DNA of 64,000 nt from Balanoglossus misakiensis (taxonomy: Eukaryota > Animalia > Hemichordata). A model generated the notes under the pieces. It did no database searches. It saw only the letters and a list, made by a program, of their open reading frames with translations, and was not told where the DNA came from. The stretch is from the NCBI GenBank assembly GCA_040954595.2, contig CM082578.2:12090520-12154519 (forward strand). The letters are read 5' to 3'. The position numbers and the translations under genes were made by a program. Below, piece after piece: positions 51,656 through 63,651 of this stretch. How positions within the stretch are numbered: the first letter of the stretch is position 1; the number at the start of each line of letters is the position of its first letter.

Positions 51656-54076
51656 GTAAGCCGCCGTCGTTATTAATATAAGCTCCGCATTCGAGCGTTT
51701 CCTTCACCGGGTATATCCATCCGCGCGCCGGTTTCCACCTGGTCGCACACGCGGGCCAATTTAATGACGTCGGTGTTACCTTTCGCCGCGTTTCATTTAG
51801 TTCATGCGCGCTCGCGACGGTAATTTCCCTCGGCACTTGATATACTTTCTCATGTATATGTAGAGTTACATTTACATAGGGTAATAGAACCTCAGAATGA
51901 AGCCAGCGGAGATTCTTAGATTGACGCGTGGCCTTTCGAAGTGACCCCCATCCGACTAATTTTGTGTAAATAATACATGTCATGATTCACAAATGCACGT
52001 CATGTTGTGCGCCTTAAAGGGGCATTTCCATATGTTACGTACAGCTGACCTATTTTGTCCATTAAACAGTTCCGATCACAGACAGAAGGCATATTGTTTT
52101 ATTATCAATAGAAATATCCACCGCAACGAATATGAGCCTTAAAAGGTTTCCCCGGGAGTGAGCTAGGGCCAGTCGCACTGATCCCAGATACATGTACACA
52201 TTCTGGCGTTAATCATCGGACATTACGATACAGGTGTAGATGCACTGGTTGGTCAATTTTTGGACTAGGTTTGATACTGGTTAGTGATCTTTTGCCAAGA
52301 CCAATATTCGTATTGTGGGGGGGGGGGGGGGGGGTAAAGGAAATCGAAAACTTCGTCAAGAACAAGTAGGAACTAACGTCTCTTACCACAACTAAACAGT
52401 CATATTTAAAGCTGTCTCCTGGCGTCATCAGGGAAACTGATAGCCGATGAGACATTTGCTGAATACAATAACAAAGTAGTTTCTAGACATCTTGCTGTTT
52501 CAAGTCATTTTGTAGTCTGCAAGATGCTTGCCCAAGTCATTTAATGCTCACATCTGAGTAGTGGGAGCATTTATGTCTTGTTAGATTACGGCAAATTGGT
52601 TTGGTGGCGTCAGTCATGGTTCAGTATTTTCGTTGGCCAGTTGTTCTTTTAGGTATACTCTGAGCTTCTGCATTTCCTCAACATCTGAACCGATTTCGTT
52701 CGTCGATGCATGCCTCAAGTTCGGCCTCTCGTGAGCTCGCTATTCCTCTATCTGTTCTCTAACTTTCCTATTCCGGCCAGAATTTCAACCGGAGATCTTC
52801 AACGTACAGAGACGCAGTTGCAACATTTCGCCCATTCCTTTACCCCCATTGACACGTTTCAATAGAGCTTTGTGCGACTGACTTCGTTGTGAATGTCGTC
52901 GAGTTTTTTTTCAATAACAAGTGAATGCATTAAAATTCCAATTTAAATGTAACGGATCGTAAATGTAATTCTGGGTCATGTGAACTTGCGACTGAAAACG
53001 TACAGTTTTGCCATTCTAGCTTGCACAAAAATGAATCCCCTCGTGAGAGAGAAACAACCCAGGTTTTTTTACAGACGACTCCTATAGTGACAAAGAACTC
53101 GAACACTAATGAGATACCTCTAGTACTTCTACATTCTCGCGAGATTTATTTCCGCTCCACGAACCAACGCACAAATAGCTCTCTACATCTTTTGGCAACG
53201 CAGATGGTGCCGTGTACGACGATGGTACTTCTACAGTTTCTTGAGTTTGTAAATGGTTGCAGTCTATTGCTGCAATCTGAATTTGGTGAACTGTTTATCG
53301 ACTATCATTCCTCCCCCGCACCTTGCCACTGTCGTCACGCGACCTACTTCACAAAATGCCTTGTGTTTCGACTCGTTGGTCATGTGACTTTATTTGACAT
53401 CGTGAGTTCGTGCACATTTCAGTGAGGCAAATCCGTATCGCCGTTCGCCAGCGCCATGGCCCATCATCAGTTGACTATTTCAAGAAACATGAAAGCCATA
53501 TATAAATACAAACAGTGTCACCATCTACATGTACACCGTTTATGCGTCTGACTAGCACCATCATTGAAGAAAGATTCTGCCAATACATAATAAAAATCTA
53601 CCGTTCTTCGACACACTTTCATTTGAGAAGTGACACCGCTGTCTACATGATTTGATAATCGGCTTTTATCGAGACAGATTTATGGAAACGATTGAGCATC
53701 GCCAATGCAACCGAGAAACCCAGTTCTAGTTCAACTATTTCCGACATAATTATTTTACTAGGCGCCAACGTTGATATACTAACACACGTGGTACATGCGT
53801 GTGTTAGTGGCAGCTGCGACCGAAATGGGCCCAGTAATTCTTGTGTTCGTGTCGTGTGTTTTTTCCTCGAATATTTATGAAATTCACATTCTTTCTTCTC
53901 TTATTATCCTTCGCATTCTTATCTTTCGTATTTTCAGACTATATTTATATCTTGAGCGTGCCTTTTTTTCAGTCTCCAGTGACGACAAGTGCGTAAAAAC
54001 GCACGAGGAGCCATAAACGCAACGTTACTTCACTATTTCGCACTCACTCCATCGCCTCGTTATTTTCATTCTTTAG

Positions 54077-54196
54077 GCAATCGATATATGGATGCTGACG
54101 TGTTCGGTCTTTGTTTTCGCCGCGCTGTTGGAGTTTGCCATGTCCAGCTACGTTCACACTCGAGGACAGACGCTATCCAGGAAACTAAAATATAAA
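54077..54196 (+). CDS. Cys-loop anion channel exon 8 (M3)
   Basis: ctttAG acceptor; AIDIWMLTCSVFVFAALLEFAMSSYVHTRGQTLSRKLKYK; donor GTATGT, phase 0. Confidence 0.95.
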
Positions 54197-55520
54197 GTAT
54201 GTATGTCTTATTCAACGCTCTAAGTAACTCTTTTCCCATTTTGTAACTTGGGGGGGGGGGGGTGATGGGCTGATGCATCCATACCTGCGCACACGTGCAA
54301 CGAGTCAAGTGGTTTATACGCATATACCATGAGGCACTCAGTGTGTTGATCGTGAAGGCCTACATGAGCCTTTACGCAAACTTAAATTCAAAGGATAATA
54401 AAAAAACAGCACGATTTAAAGACGAATCGACATCTTATTTACGTGCATCGTAACCTGAGTTTTCTCCACTTAAAATAGACAATGATTTGTGATTTCGTCC
54501 GATGCAATTTAGGCTACTTAGAAACTTTCATGACTGGAATACGTTGTATCTGAAGTGTTTATTCCGAAAACAAATGACAGAAACTCGTATTTTGGCGGAA
54601 ATAAATAATGCAAAATCATTCTTCGACTTTTGTGTCTATCCGCCGGAGAAAGGTAATCTGTCGCAATTTGTGGACTGTCTAATAGTCACTCTCTCTCTCT
54701 CTCTCTCTGATTCATCCAAAAGAGTAATCTAATGAATGTACGGCGATGAAAAACGTGTTTGAGATTTGAAAATGGGTGTTGCATCCAGCGCCTCGCCTTG
54801 TGGAACTTTTCAACGTCGAAGGAGGGAACGTTTTACCTGAGTACATGTGTATAACGTATAAGCCGATAGAGATTTTTTATTTATTAAACAACCTTTCCTG
54901 CTTGATGGCCTGTCTTCAAAGCAAATATAATTTGGCTAAATTTGACAGTTATGAAGTACAAAATTTATGAGGGCTAATAAAAGTTAAAAGACGAAAATTA
55001 ACATAATTAAGTTACTTCTATCATAGGGGTATAGGAGCTACTTCCCCTACTTCCGTATATCTCGGTCTATCAGCACATTGCACATCGAGGTGTGAGATAC
55101 TTTTCAGAACACGGTCACCTTGACTGCTTATGCGAACGTGCTGTAGTGGTAGGAACGCACTGAAAATTTCACGATTAGTAGACTTGGAGACCGAGCCTTC
55201 ATGGTACAAAAGAGAGATGATTTGCAGACAGGACACGTAACATTGTATTAATGACAGCGAGGGTAATAAACAAATTTACTTCGGCGTTCCACAATTCCGC
55301 CATGGTAATTGTCATGCACGAATAATTCAAGCTAAAAGGTATACGTCATGAGAGTGTAACTCGAGATATTGCGAGACGCGCCCGGCCTCTTCATTTTCCT
55401 AATGAAGTACAATGGGCTGGCAGGAAATTGTTTTTGCTGTCTGCTACGTGACGGATATAACGAGGAACGACATGGTAAAACATATTGACTGTTCTCTCTC
55501 CCCCTCTCTCTCTCAAACAG

Positions 55521-55778
55521 GAACTGGCTGCTCGTAGGTGTCGCCACAAGACCCAGTTGAAGTCCAGTGAGTTCACCATCGACGAGTCGAGAACCCTGAC
55601 GATAGAAATGCTACAGTCGGACTTAGACGGCAGCGAAAAGGTCACCTTCTCTCAGAATCCGGAGATGATGTACCGATTCTCGAGAAAGATCGACCTGTAC
55701 TCAAGAGGAATGTTCCCGTTAATTTTTCTCCTGTTTAACTTTGTTTACTGGCCGACATATCTCCGCGGCACCGTGTGA
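55521..55778 (+). CDS. Cys-loop anion channel exon 9 (M3-M4 loop, M4, stop)
   Basis: Pyrimidine tract + CAG; ...SRKIDLYSRGMFPLIFLLFNFVYWPTYLRGTV*. The spliced CDS totals 1266 nt with all phases compatible. Confidence 0.97.
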   Translation, partial: ELAARRCRHKTQLKSSEFTIDESRTLTIEMLQSDLDGSEKVTFSQNPEMMYRFSRKIDLYSRGMFPLIFLLFNFVYWPTYLRGTV

Positions 55779-56849
55779 TGTTCGGCGATGCGCAAGTGGC
55801 ATGCAAAGTCACTGCGCGATAAGGGAGCGTTCAGTAATTATCTGGGGGGGGGGAGGGCGTCAGGGCGTTGTGGTTGGTCGCGAGAAGGGACAGTGTATTC
55901 CGGCACAAGGCTGTGGCACGATGGTAATAATTGACCAATATTGGTTGATGACGGAATTTTGAACATTCCGTTTCTCTTTGGGTAGAAAAACGTTCGAATA
56001 TAGATAACGCCTCTGTGGTCATACAAAACGGCGGTACTCTGAAACATGCAACTGCAGACTCGGTAGGAATGCCCCAGCCCCCGGTGTGAATGCCAAGATG
56101 ACCTGGGCGTAACACAAGCGTGTAATTATTGTCCCTTGCTGGGACCATCTGTACTTACAGAGATCCTATACACTGTATATATTCAGCATATATCCTGATA
56201 TTCCCATGACTTTCTTGACGTTTGGTGCCAATTTATCTGTATCTGTATCTTTAAGTGTATTTTGACTTGTTTCTGGCTCCGCTGTTCCATGTTGTGATAT
56301 AAACATATGTTCTGGAAAAGAAGAGAATGGTGTATAACCAGAGAAATGTATCTTAATTTAAGTCGCACAAAATCTCTTCCGTCAATCTCCCTGCCTGGAC
56401 GTGAATATGCATAATAATTACTTTGCTGTGTACACAGTGCCCTGTAAAGTATCCAAATACAAAGAGGGTGTCCTCTGTGTTCAACGCCGTGCTTGAAATA
56501 AAGGATCCCTTACATATGTCAGATTTTCCCTAGAGGGCGTGACTGAGTGTCACTTGAAACTTCTGATTTCTCCCCTTACAAAACAGCTCGAGAATCTCTC
56601 ATCTCAAGGGATAGCAGACAGGGACCGGATTGGAAAATTATACATTCATCGGACCTCGACAATCTGCCTGTTATTACTGAACGTTCCTTGTATGCGTTCG
56701 TTTTTCAACCAAAGAGAAGAAAACTTATCTTTGTCTATGCTCTGTTGCGCCGTGTAATACACGCGGAGGAAGACTGATGTTGGCACCGTCTGGGACGAGA
56801 CGTTCAACTCTGATATACATTGCATTTTGATGCGCCTTGGAAGGTCAAT

Positions 56850-57026
56850 TCTCATAGGTTACAGAATTCTTCAATGTATTGTGCACCTGTTTAAAGAGCA
56901 CCCGTGACCAAAGGAACTGACCAATCAGAAGCGACCTATCACTAAGACCGCTACTCATGAAACATGCAGCGGTATTTGTGTTTTGATTGGTGCACAACAA
57001 TTACATGAATTCTGTAACCTATGAGA
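56850..57026. repeat. Inverted repeat in presumptive channel 3'UTR
   Basis: TCTCATAGGTTACAGAATTC (56850-69) pairs perfectly with GAATTCTGTAACCTATGAGA (57007-26); inner TTGTGCACC/GGTGCACAA also pairs. Confidence 0.85.
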
Positions 57027-59808
57027 CATAATAATTTGGGTTGATTGCGGTGGAACAAGTATTCAACAAACTCAAAGTTTTTAAATGACATTTCCATCCA
57101 CTTCACGTAAATATCCGGCATCAATATTATTACCACGCAAAAGCCGAAATACCTGAGATGTACTCTAAAAGAGACACGTGCCTATATATCAATCTTTATA
57201 GAGGAGAATTCACCCCTTTCCTTTTACGTGCGCGTGATAATGACAATAGATATTAGCGGTATTTGTCGTAGGCTTTTAGGGATATGTGTTCACGATTTGA
57301 GGTAACGGTATGTGTAGCATCTGTGATGCACTTATTGTAGTGACGTTCCTCAAAAGATTACCAAAGCCATCCAACGCTACGACTCCGTATTATAGGTTCT
57401 TGTTTTATCAGCTGTATGTAAGACTTTTCAACTATCCTGTTTCGTCCGGCGAGAAACATGGGTGGACGTCGAATCGATGCATGCGCATGGTTCTTTGTGC
57501 AGCTCTTCAAATTTGCTCAAATCGACGCATATTAATACATGTTTCAATACATCCTATCGTGGATGCATTCCGTATGCCCGTCTAGAAAGTCTGCTCTTTT
57601 ATTCCGATAATGATCGTCTAAAGCGGAAATTAAACTTCGCCGTCCGAGAATTAGTAAAATTGTTAGACATTGGCCACAACAAGTGAATTGTGCTCTGATG
57701 TCAAAAAAAATCACCAATAAAATACGAGGACGCATACAACTCGACAGATATACGTGATCAACAGACCGATCAAAACGAACTTCCTGCAGGTGTAAGTATT
57801 ACAATTTGTTGCGTTTGCGTATGCTTGCTAAAAGATCTCCACACATATAATCAATTCGCGTGAATTCTGTATAAAACACATGTAATTTCCGCTTTCCTGT
57901 AGCGCCATTTTAAAGACGCGTTCCTTCTTATATGACATTTGTGAAAGATCGTTTGCCTATTAAAAAAAAGTCGCAAACCGACCTCTCTCACTGGATAGTC
58001 AAGCAGAACACCCCCCGAACTTTAGGAATCGAAGTTCACCGATCTGTCAGCCTTACGCATGACAAATGTCGTTTTTACCTGATGGTAACTGCCGCAGAGG
58101 GCTAAAAGAACAGACGATTTCAGCATAAATTGCGAAGAAAGTGTCGCTTTAAAGAATTTATGTCTCATATCTGGAACAAGTTGATCGTCGTCATTTCACC
58201 TCTACGTGACAAATCACGTCTCCTGCAAGCAGTAACTTGAATCATGAGACGTGTCTGAGTTTTATGGCAAGAAACCCCAGAGATCCGGATGAAGTTGCGA
58301 CCGTATTTTGAAACATAAGGGTATTATGATTTACGGGATGATCGAAGCGAAGATAAATGATACGGAAATATCAGTGACTCGAAGTATGCAACTCGAATAA
58401 CGAGAGAGTGAAAGAGAGAGAGAGTGAGTGAGTGAGAGAGCAATATAGAAACTACATGTATAGCTAAATTAAATCTTCGTCAGAAGGAGTATGTGAGACT
58501 ATCCTAAAACATATTTCCGACACAGAACCAACCCTGCCATCTCGATTTCATGATTCACACGTGACTTGAACGAAAATTCTGTCCTCCACTCCCATGCTAG
58601 CTGTGTTTGTCTTGTCCATCGAACGAGACTTCGCCTATAATGTGTAAATTCCACTGTATAGAGCAATTTTCGCACGCGTCATTTTTTATTTCATAATAAT
58701 GACGAAATTCACCCTTCTCGATTTCTGATTGCTCATATCTCAACCGGCGTGTTTGTAATGTATAGTATATTGTATATACGTTTAAGACTTATACTCCAGA
58801 ATATTCTTTCCGATACCTTATTTTAAGCCATCAACCAACACTGTGCGCGCGTTCACTGGGTCACATATATCCCTCCTAGAAAAACACACGTACGTTTATT
58901 ACTTATATAAGACACTTGCACGCGATATAATTATGATGTGATGTGTTTCTCCTCAAAACACGTGTAACTGGCTATTTTTTTTATCATTCCATGTTCACAG
59001 AGGAATAAATACAGATACAATACGTCTTTGGGTCAGTTTCACATGATTTTCCTTCGTCGTTCAAGAAAGGGGCGTAGAGAGCGCCCTCGAACGACGGTTT
59101 TTTCAGACTGATCATATACAGACTGTGAGAAGAGTCGTTCACGTGTACTCACATCCACATGGGTGCCTGCAGACACAGATACAAACACACGCATGAACAC
59201 AGGTTGCCACTTAGTTTCAACATGCCCAAGAAGTGGAATTCTGGTGACATCTATTCGATTTGACAGAGGCAGACGCATACCTTTATATATTTATTCAACT
59301 GTAATCATTTTATGCAAACCTATCGAAAGGACTCGAGTATTATATCAATTTGGTCTAATTGAAATCTAGTGGTCATCCCTCTATACATAGAATTGCATTA
59401 TAAACATGAATATTTCATGAACGCAGAGATAGTATGAAACGTAAAGTAGGTTCATGTGAACTCCTGAGTGGAATCGATTCCGCATTTTACATAAACGCAT
59501 TAATCTTATTACAACACTCGCTGTGTTCTGACAAATTACCTTACTCAGGTCAACTTTGTCTCGTAAATTTCCTCGCATAAACTAACCCGCGTGATACTTT
59601 TTCGTTAGTAGGTTTTACCGTGGCCCTTTTTTCTTTGTTTCTAATTGTCCGACCAAATTCCGAATAAAAAGGGGAATGAAGAAGAATAAGGTCGTGTCTT
59701 CCTGCTGTTGGCATAATACATGGTGTCATATAACGAAAGTGTGTGCTGTTTAAACGTTGAGGGCGGCATATCTCGATAGCGAAAGTTGTATATAAATGTT
59801 AAATACTC

Positions 59809-59826
59809 GTTTTATTTCAATAAAAC
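59809..59826. terminator. Candidate bidirectional polyadenylation signal
   Basis: GTTTTATT-TC-AATAAAAC gives AATAAA on - (59816-59811) and + (59819-59824), between two convergent genes. Confidence 0.5.
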
Positions 59827-60107
59827 TGATATATACATAATAAATTTATAATAAATACAAATGTCATATACATGATATAAGTTAGCAATATTTTATCAAA
59901 TAACTTTCAAATTAGCAGGATTTCTCCAGTGTGAAAGGTTTGATTCAAGTTATATGTATATATAATAAGCTTTATCTCAAAACTTTGATTGTTCTTTCAT
60001 CCCAGATAACTGGACAAGTTCACTGTTAAATAAAAAGGATGTCTTGAGACGTCAATGTCCTGCTAACTATAATGCAGTTTGAGTTGTGCTGCGTGTGAAC
60101 AATGCAT

Positions 60108-60352
60108 GGTGGTGGCTTCAGAAGGTTATTTGGGTTGTAGTGCTGGTCACTGGTGGTGGTCCATTAATACTGATTAGTGGTGGTGGTGGCAGTGGCTCAA
60201 ATGTTTTCATATTGATGGCACAAGTTTGGGTTCAGATGCTGGTCACTGGTGGCGGTCTATATACTACTGATCGATGGTGGTGGTGATGGCTCCAATGTTC
60301 ATACTGATGGCTCAGATTTGGGTTGCGATGCTGTCACTGGTGGCGGTTGAGT
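60108..60352 (-). repeat. Three degenerate tandem units (~70-100 bp), CCA-rich on - strand
   Basis: TGGTGGTGG...TTTGGGTT...TGCTG(G)TCACTGGTGG(T/C)GGT repeated three times. Confidence 0.75.
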
Positions 60353-60466
60353 TTGTGGTGGTATTGGTCTATACAGTGGTGGCAATAGTTGAATTGATTT
60401 CCATGATTGTATGCAGGCACATGCGAGAGGGATCATTTGCCACCATCTTCTTGATGCGATTGTTGT

Positions 60467-60585
60467 TTAGAGCCCAAATGAAGAAAGGTCCGATAAATTC
60501 AATGAAAACGATGCCATGTGAAATGATTCAAAAGGCTTTTTTTCCGTACTCTCCGGTCTAATTTGGTTTTCATTGAAGACTGCCT
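60467..60585 (-). CDS. CMGC kinase, probable terminal coding exon
   Basis: tttttatacAG acceptor, phase 1; EAVFNENQIRPESTEKKPFESFHMASFSLNLSDLSSFGL*. Supported by splice signals only. Confidence 0.55.
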
Positions 60586-60737
60586 CTGTATAAAAAAGGC
60601 AAAAGATCAATAATCAATTTTCAGTCATGAATTTAACACAATATATGTTGTGTACGAACTCCATCAAGACAATGAAAGAAATATATCAAAAAATTGATCA
60701 TCATTGGTGGCATGGTTTTTTCGATCATAAAGAGATA

Positions 60738-60918
60738 CAGTCAAACCTGTCTGTAGTGGCCCGACAAGGAACTTTCTTAAACTGTCCTAAATTTATATAT
60801 AGACAGGTGGCCATTGTAGACTGACAGGTCAGTCAATGTGCAATGCATGTAAGTTGCATAAGGGACTGTGAAAAAGTTTACATTATATAGCGGTGGCCAC
60901 TAAACACTGGTTTGACTG
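60738..60918. mobile_element. Tc1/mariner (pogo/Tigger-like) MITE, 181 bp, intronic
   Basis: TA TSDs; 24-bp TIR CAGTCAAACC(T/A)GT(C/G)T(G/T)TAGTGGCC with 3 mismatches. Confidence 0.88.
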
Positions 60919-60953
60919 TAGTTGAATGTCTGAAATTTCAACTCATAACATAC

Positions 60954-61361
60954 CAACAGCCAGCTTAGTGATGTACCAGATTTCTTGTGCTGCTGCGATT
61001 GGCTTATGGATTGCCTTGTCCGCAATTCTTCTCAAGAGGCGTCCAGTGCCCAGTTTCCTCTTCTCCTTCGCTTCCTTTTTCTTTTCTTTCTCCTTTTCCT
61101 TTTGCTGCTTGATCCTTTCTTTTTCCTCTCTCTTCTCCTGCTTCATCTTTACTTGCGCCTCCTTCTCTTCCTGCTTCCTCCTTCTTTTCTCCTCTTTCTT
61201 TTGCTCCTTCGTCTTTTTCTTCTCTTCCTCTTTCTTTTTCTGCTGCAACCTTTTCTTGATTGCCGCCTTCTTTTTCTTGATCATCGCCTTCTGTAAGTCC
61301 TGCTCTTTCTTCAACTCCCGTTGCTCCTTCCTCATCTGTTTCTTTGTCATCTTAGGTGGAG
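60954..61361 (-). CDS. CMGC kinase exon, K/E-rich charged helical tail
   Basis: Phase-1 acceptor ttcattgcAG|CT; APPKMTKKQMRKEQRELKKEQ...EIWYITKLAV; donor TTG|GTATGT, or read-through to a stop at 60943. Confidence 0.8.
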
Positions 61362-61564
61362 CTGCAATGAAATCAACAATTGAAGATTTTAGGGATTTGG
61401 GTACGCTGCACAATGCCAAAAATAGAGTGCAGATCAAAATGGACAATGTTGAGACGATGCATGATGCATGATATATTCTGCTGTAAGGGAGCCGATCAAG
61501 TAAGCAAGGCTGACATACAGGGTACAAAAATACTGGAGGGGGGTCAGAGAGATTGCTTTCTTAC

Positions 61565-61806
61565 CTTTATTAGGCCTGTAAGGAACCAATGCATTTGCGG
61601 GAGCTGGATTAATTCTACCTCTGCGATGAACTGGACCATCTAAGGGAGCGTCAACAATTTCCTCTCCATGATGTCTTGGTACAACGCATCCATTGGGTGC
61701 AGCAGCTACCACCGGTACCGGTATAGGTACAGGTACAGGTTTGATGAACGGGTGAGAGAGAGCTGCCTGTGGTGTGATTCTGCGATCACCGTGGTAGGTC
61801 AGCATG
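61565..61806 (-). CDS. CMGC kinase exon, subdomain XI + Pro-rich linker
   Basis: SMLTYHGDRRITPQAALSHPFIKPVPVPIPVP...; CAG acceptor and GTAAGA donor. Confidence 0.9.
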
Positions 61807-62179
61807 CTGTAATTGAAATGCATCAAGAAAATAAAACACTAATGTAAGTTTCATTTTCCTGCACTACTTAAACTCAAATAAATAAAACAAAATTATTCAC
61901 TTAAGGAATAAAATCATACTAATACGGTCCCTGGCCCCCAAATTAAACAAAACTAAACTAGTGGGAGTAACCCTGGCTTTCACCTTGTGTGTAACACTCA
62001 TATCTTACATTCTCAGACACTAAGATTTACAGCTAACTCAACCCTCCCTGGGTCTCTACTTGAAGTTAAATCTATTATTTTGGATCTATCTAGAACTGAT
62101 CTCAACAAAACCTAGCTAGCATATTTCTCAGGCAGTAGTGTAACTAACATAATCTGACTTTGATTTGCCTACAACTAAC

Positions 62180-62298
62180 CTTGTCACCAAATTGAAAAAA
62201 TCGTCAAATTCCTTCCTCTCTAGCTTTCTGCCTGACTTATTGTGAACACCAAGTTCGTAGGTTATCCTTCTTTTCAATGAGAAAGACAGTGGTGATGC
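62180..62298 (-). CDS. CMGC kinase exon (insert / helix H)
   Basis: ASPLSFSLKRRITYELGVHNKSGRKLERKEFDDFFNLVT; ttttAG acceptor, GTTAGT donor; phases 0/2 fit the neighbouring exons. Confidence 0.8.
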
Positions 62299-62685
62299 CT
62301 AAAATGAGGGACATAACATATACATGTTATTCCTCTACCTCTGTATCTTAACTGGTAAATTTTTGTTTGGCAAATCTCAAAGTTCCAGCTGGCTGGAGAA
62401 TTTTCTACCATGATCTCTTGACTCTGCTTCCCTGTGACACACATGAGGTTGCACAGCTGGCCTACTGAGCTATAGGCTCTCAAGGGACGAGTGACTTCAT
62501 GGTATGTCCAGTTGACCAACAGCAGGATTGGCCAGTTTTTTGTTCATTGTCAACTAGCCCCCTACCCCCACCCCCTAGACTATCACATTATCAAACAACC
62601 AGTAAATACAGCTTCAGTTTCTTATTGCCCATTCTAGCTAGCTAGCCGAGAATTGGGTAGAAGAATTCATCATTCAGATACCTAC

Positions 62686-62817
62686 CGGAATTTCAGGTTT
62701 GAATACATAGAATCCATTGAATGCTCGAGTATAGAATAAGTCAGTATGCTTTCCGTTGTCCAGAATTGACAGTGGTATATCTCCAAAAGTCTGAATGTAA
62801 AACGCTACAAGATGTTC
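62686..62817 (-). CDS. CMGC kinase exon, subdomain X
   Basis: EHLVAFYIQTFGDIPLSILDNGKHTDLFYTRAFNGFYVFKPEIP (DYRK/HIPK-like); CAG acceptor and GTAGGT donor. Confidence 0.88.
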
Positions 62818-63115
62818 CTGTGAAGAGATGACAGCTTCGAGTTAATATCCATTCACAAGTTTTCAAAATTATCAAATAGCAGATTTGAGAACATAGGCTT
62901 AAAATGGGACAACAAAAAATATTTGATCGATACAGAAATAAAATAAATCATGGACAATCTTAAATAATTCATCTATGAAAAAACATCAACTGAGTCTGAG
63001 ATCTTGACAGGATAGTCATCTGTCAAACTTTATTAAAAATAGGTTTGGGAACTTTGCCTGCAGGGAGCAGCCTTTGCCCAGAGAAATACAGGAATATTTC
63101 TTTCAATGCACTTAC

Positions 63116-63265
63116 TGCTGAGGGTACTGGAAAGAGGTTATGGCCGAGGTACAATTCACTAATAACGACTCCAAGACTCCACATGTCAATGGCAGTGCCA
63201 TAGTCTGTGCCGAATGTTATTTCAGGAGATCTATACGGGTAAGTCTGCATCTCGGCCCCTTTCAC
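63116..63265 (-). CDS. CMGC kinase exon, subdomains VIII-IX
   Basis: VKGAEMQTYPYRSPEITFGTDYGTAIDMWSLGVVISELYLGHNLFPVPSA; donor GTAAGT. Confidence 0.95.
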
Positions 63266-63651
63266 CTGTTAGTTGTTAAGAGAAAAAAAACATGCAAGTG
63301 AGTTGAGTCTGTAGAAACCATCTTCACAAAGCTTAAAGCTAAAATTTTTGGACTTAATCTCTGGTACAGCTGTGACTGTAATTATTAAGCACATTAAACT
63401 TCAACGCAGTGGCTATTTTCTCAATCATTTTGGTTTGGGAGTATCAACTGAGGTTTCTTGTTCTACTCTGTAAACCATACAGAACAGCTTTTTTTCAACA
63501 GAACTCTTGTGTTGTCTGTAATTAGCACTGAACATTTCATACGGTTGTCCAAAGTAGAACAAGAAACCGGAGTCTATACATGGGAGACTATTATAAAAAA
63601 AATAGCCAAAAGTTCAAGTTACTAGAAACTTAGGACTGGCAGTCAACTTAC

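Noticed and set aside
55820-55860. TAAGGGAGCGTTCAGTAATTATCTGGGGGGG resembling a Harbinger TIR
   Set aside because: No partner terminus or TSD found nearby.
60926-61471. 181-aa Phe/Ser/Leu-rich + strand ORF resembling a membrane protein
   Set aside because: It is the antisense shadow of the K/E-rich kinase exon.
62338-62431. Extra kinase exon after a gtcacAG acceptor
   Set aside because: In-frame stop in the required phase; the 62298 acceptor gives a continuous kinase reading frame.
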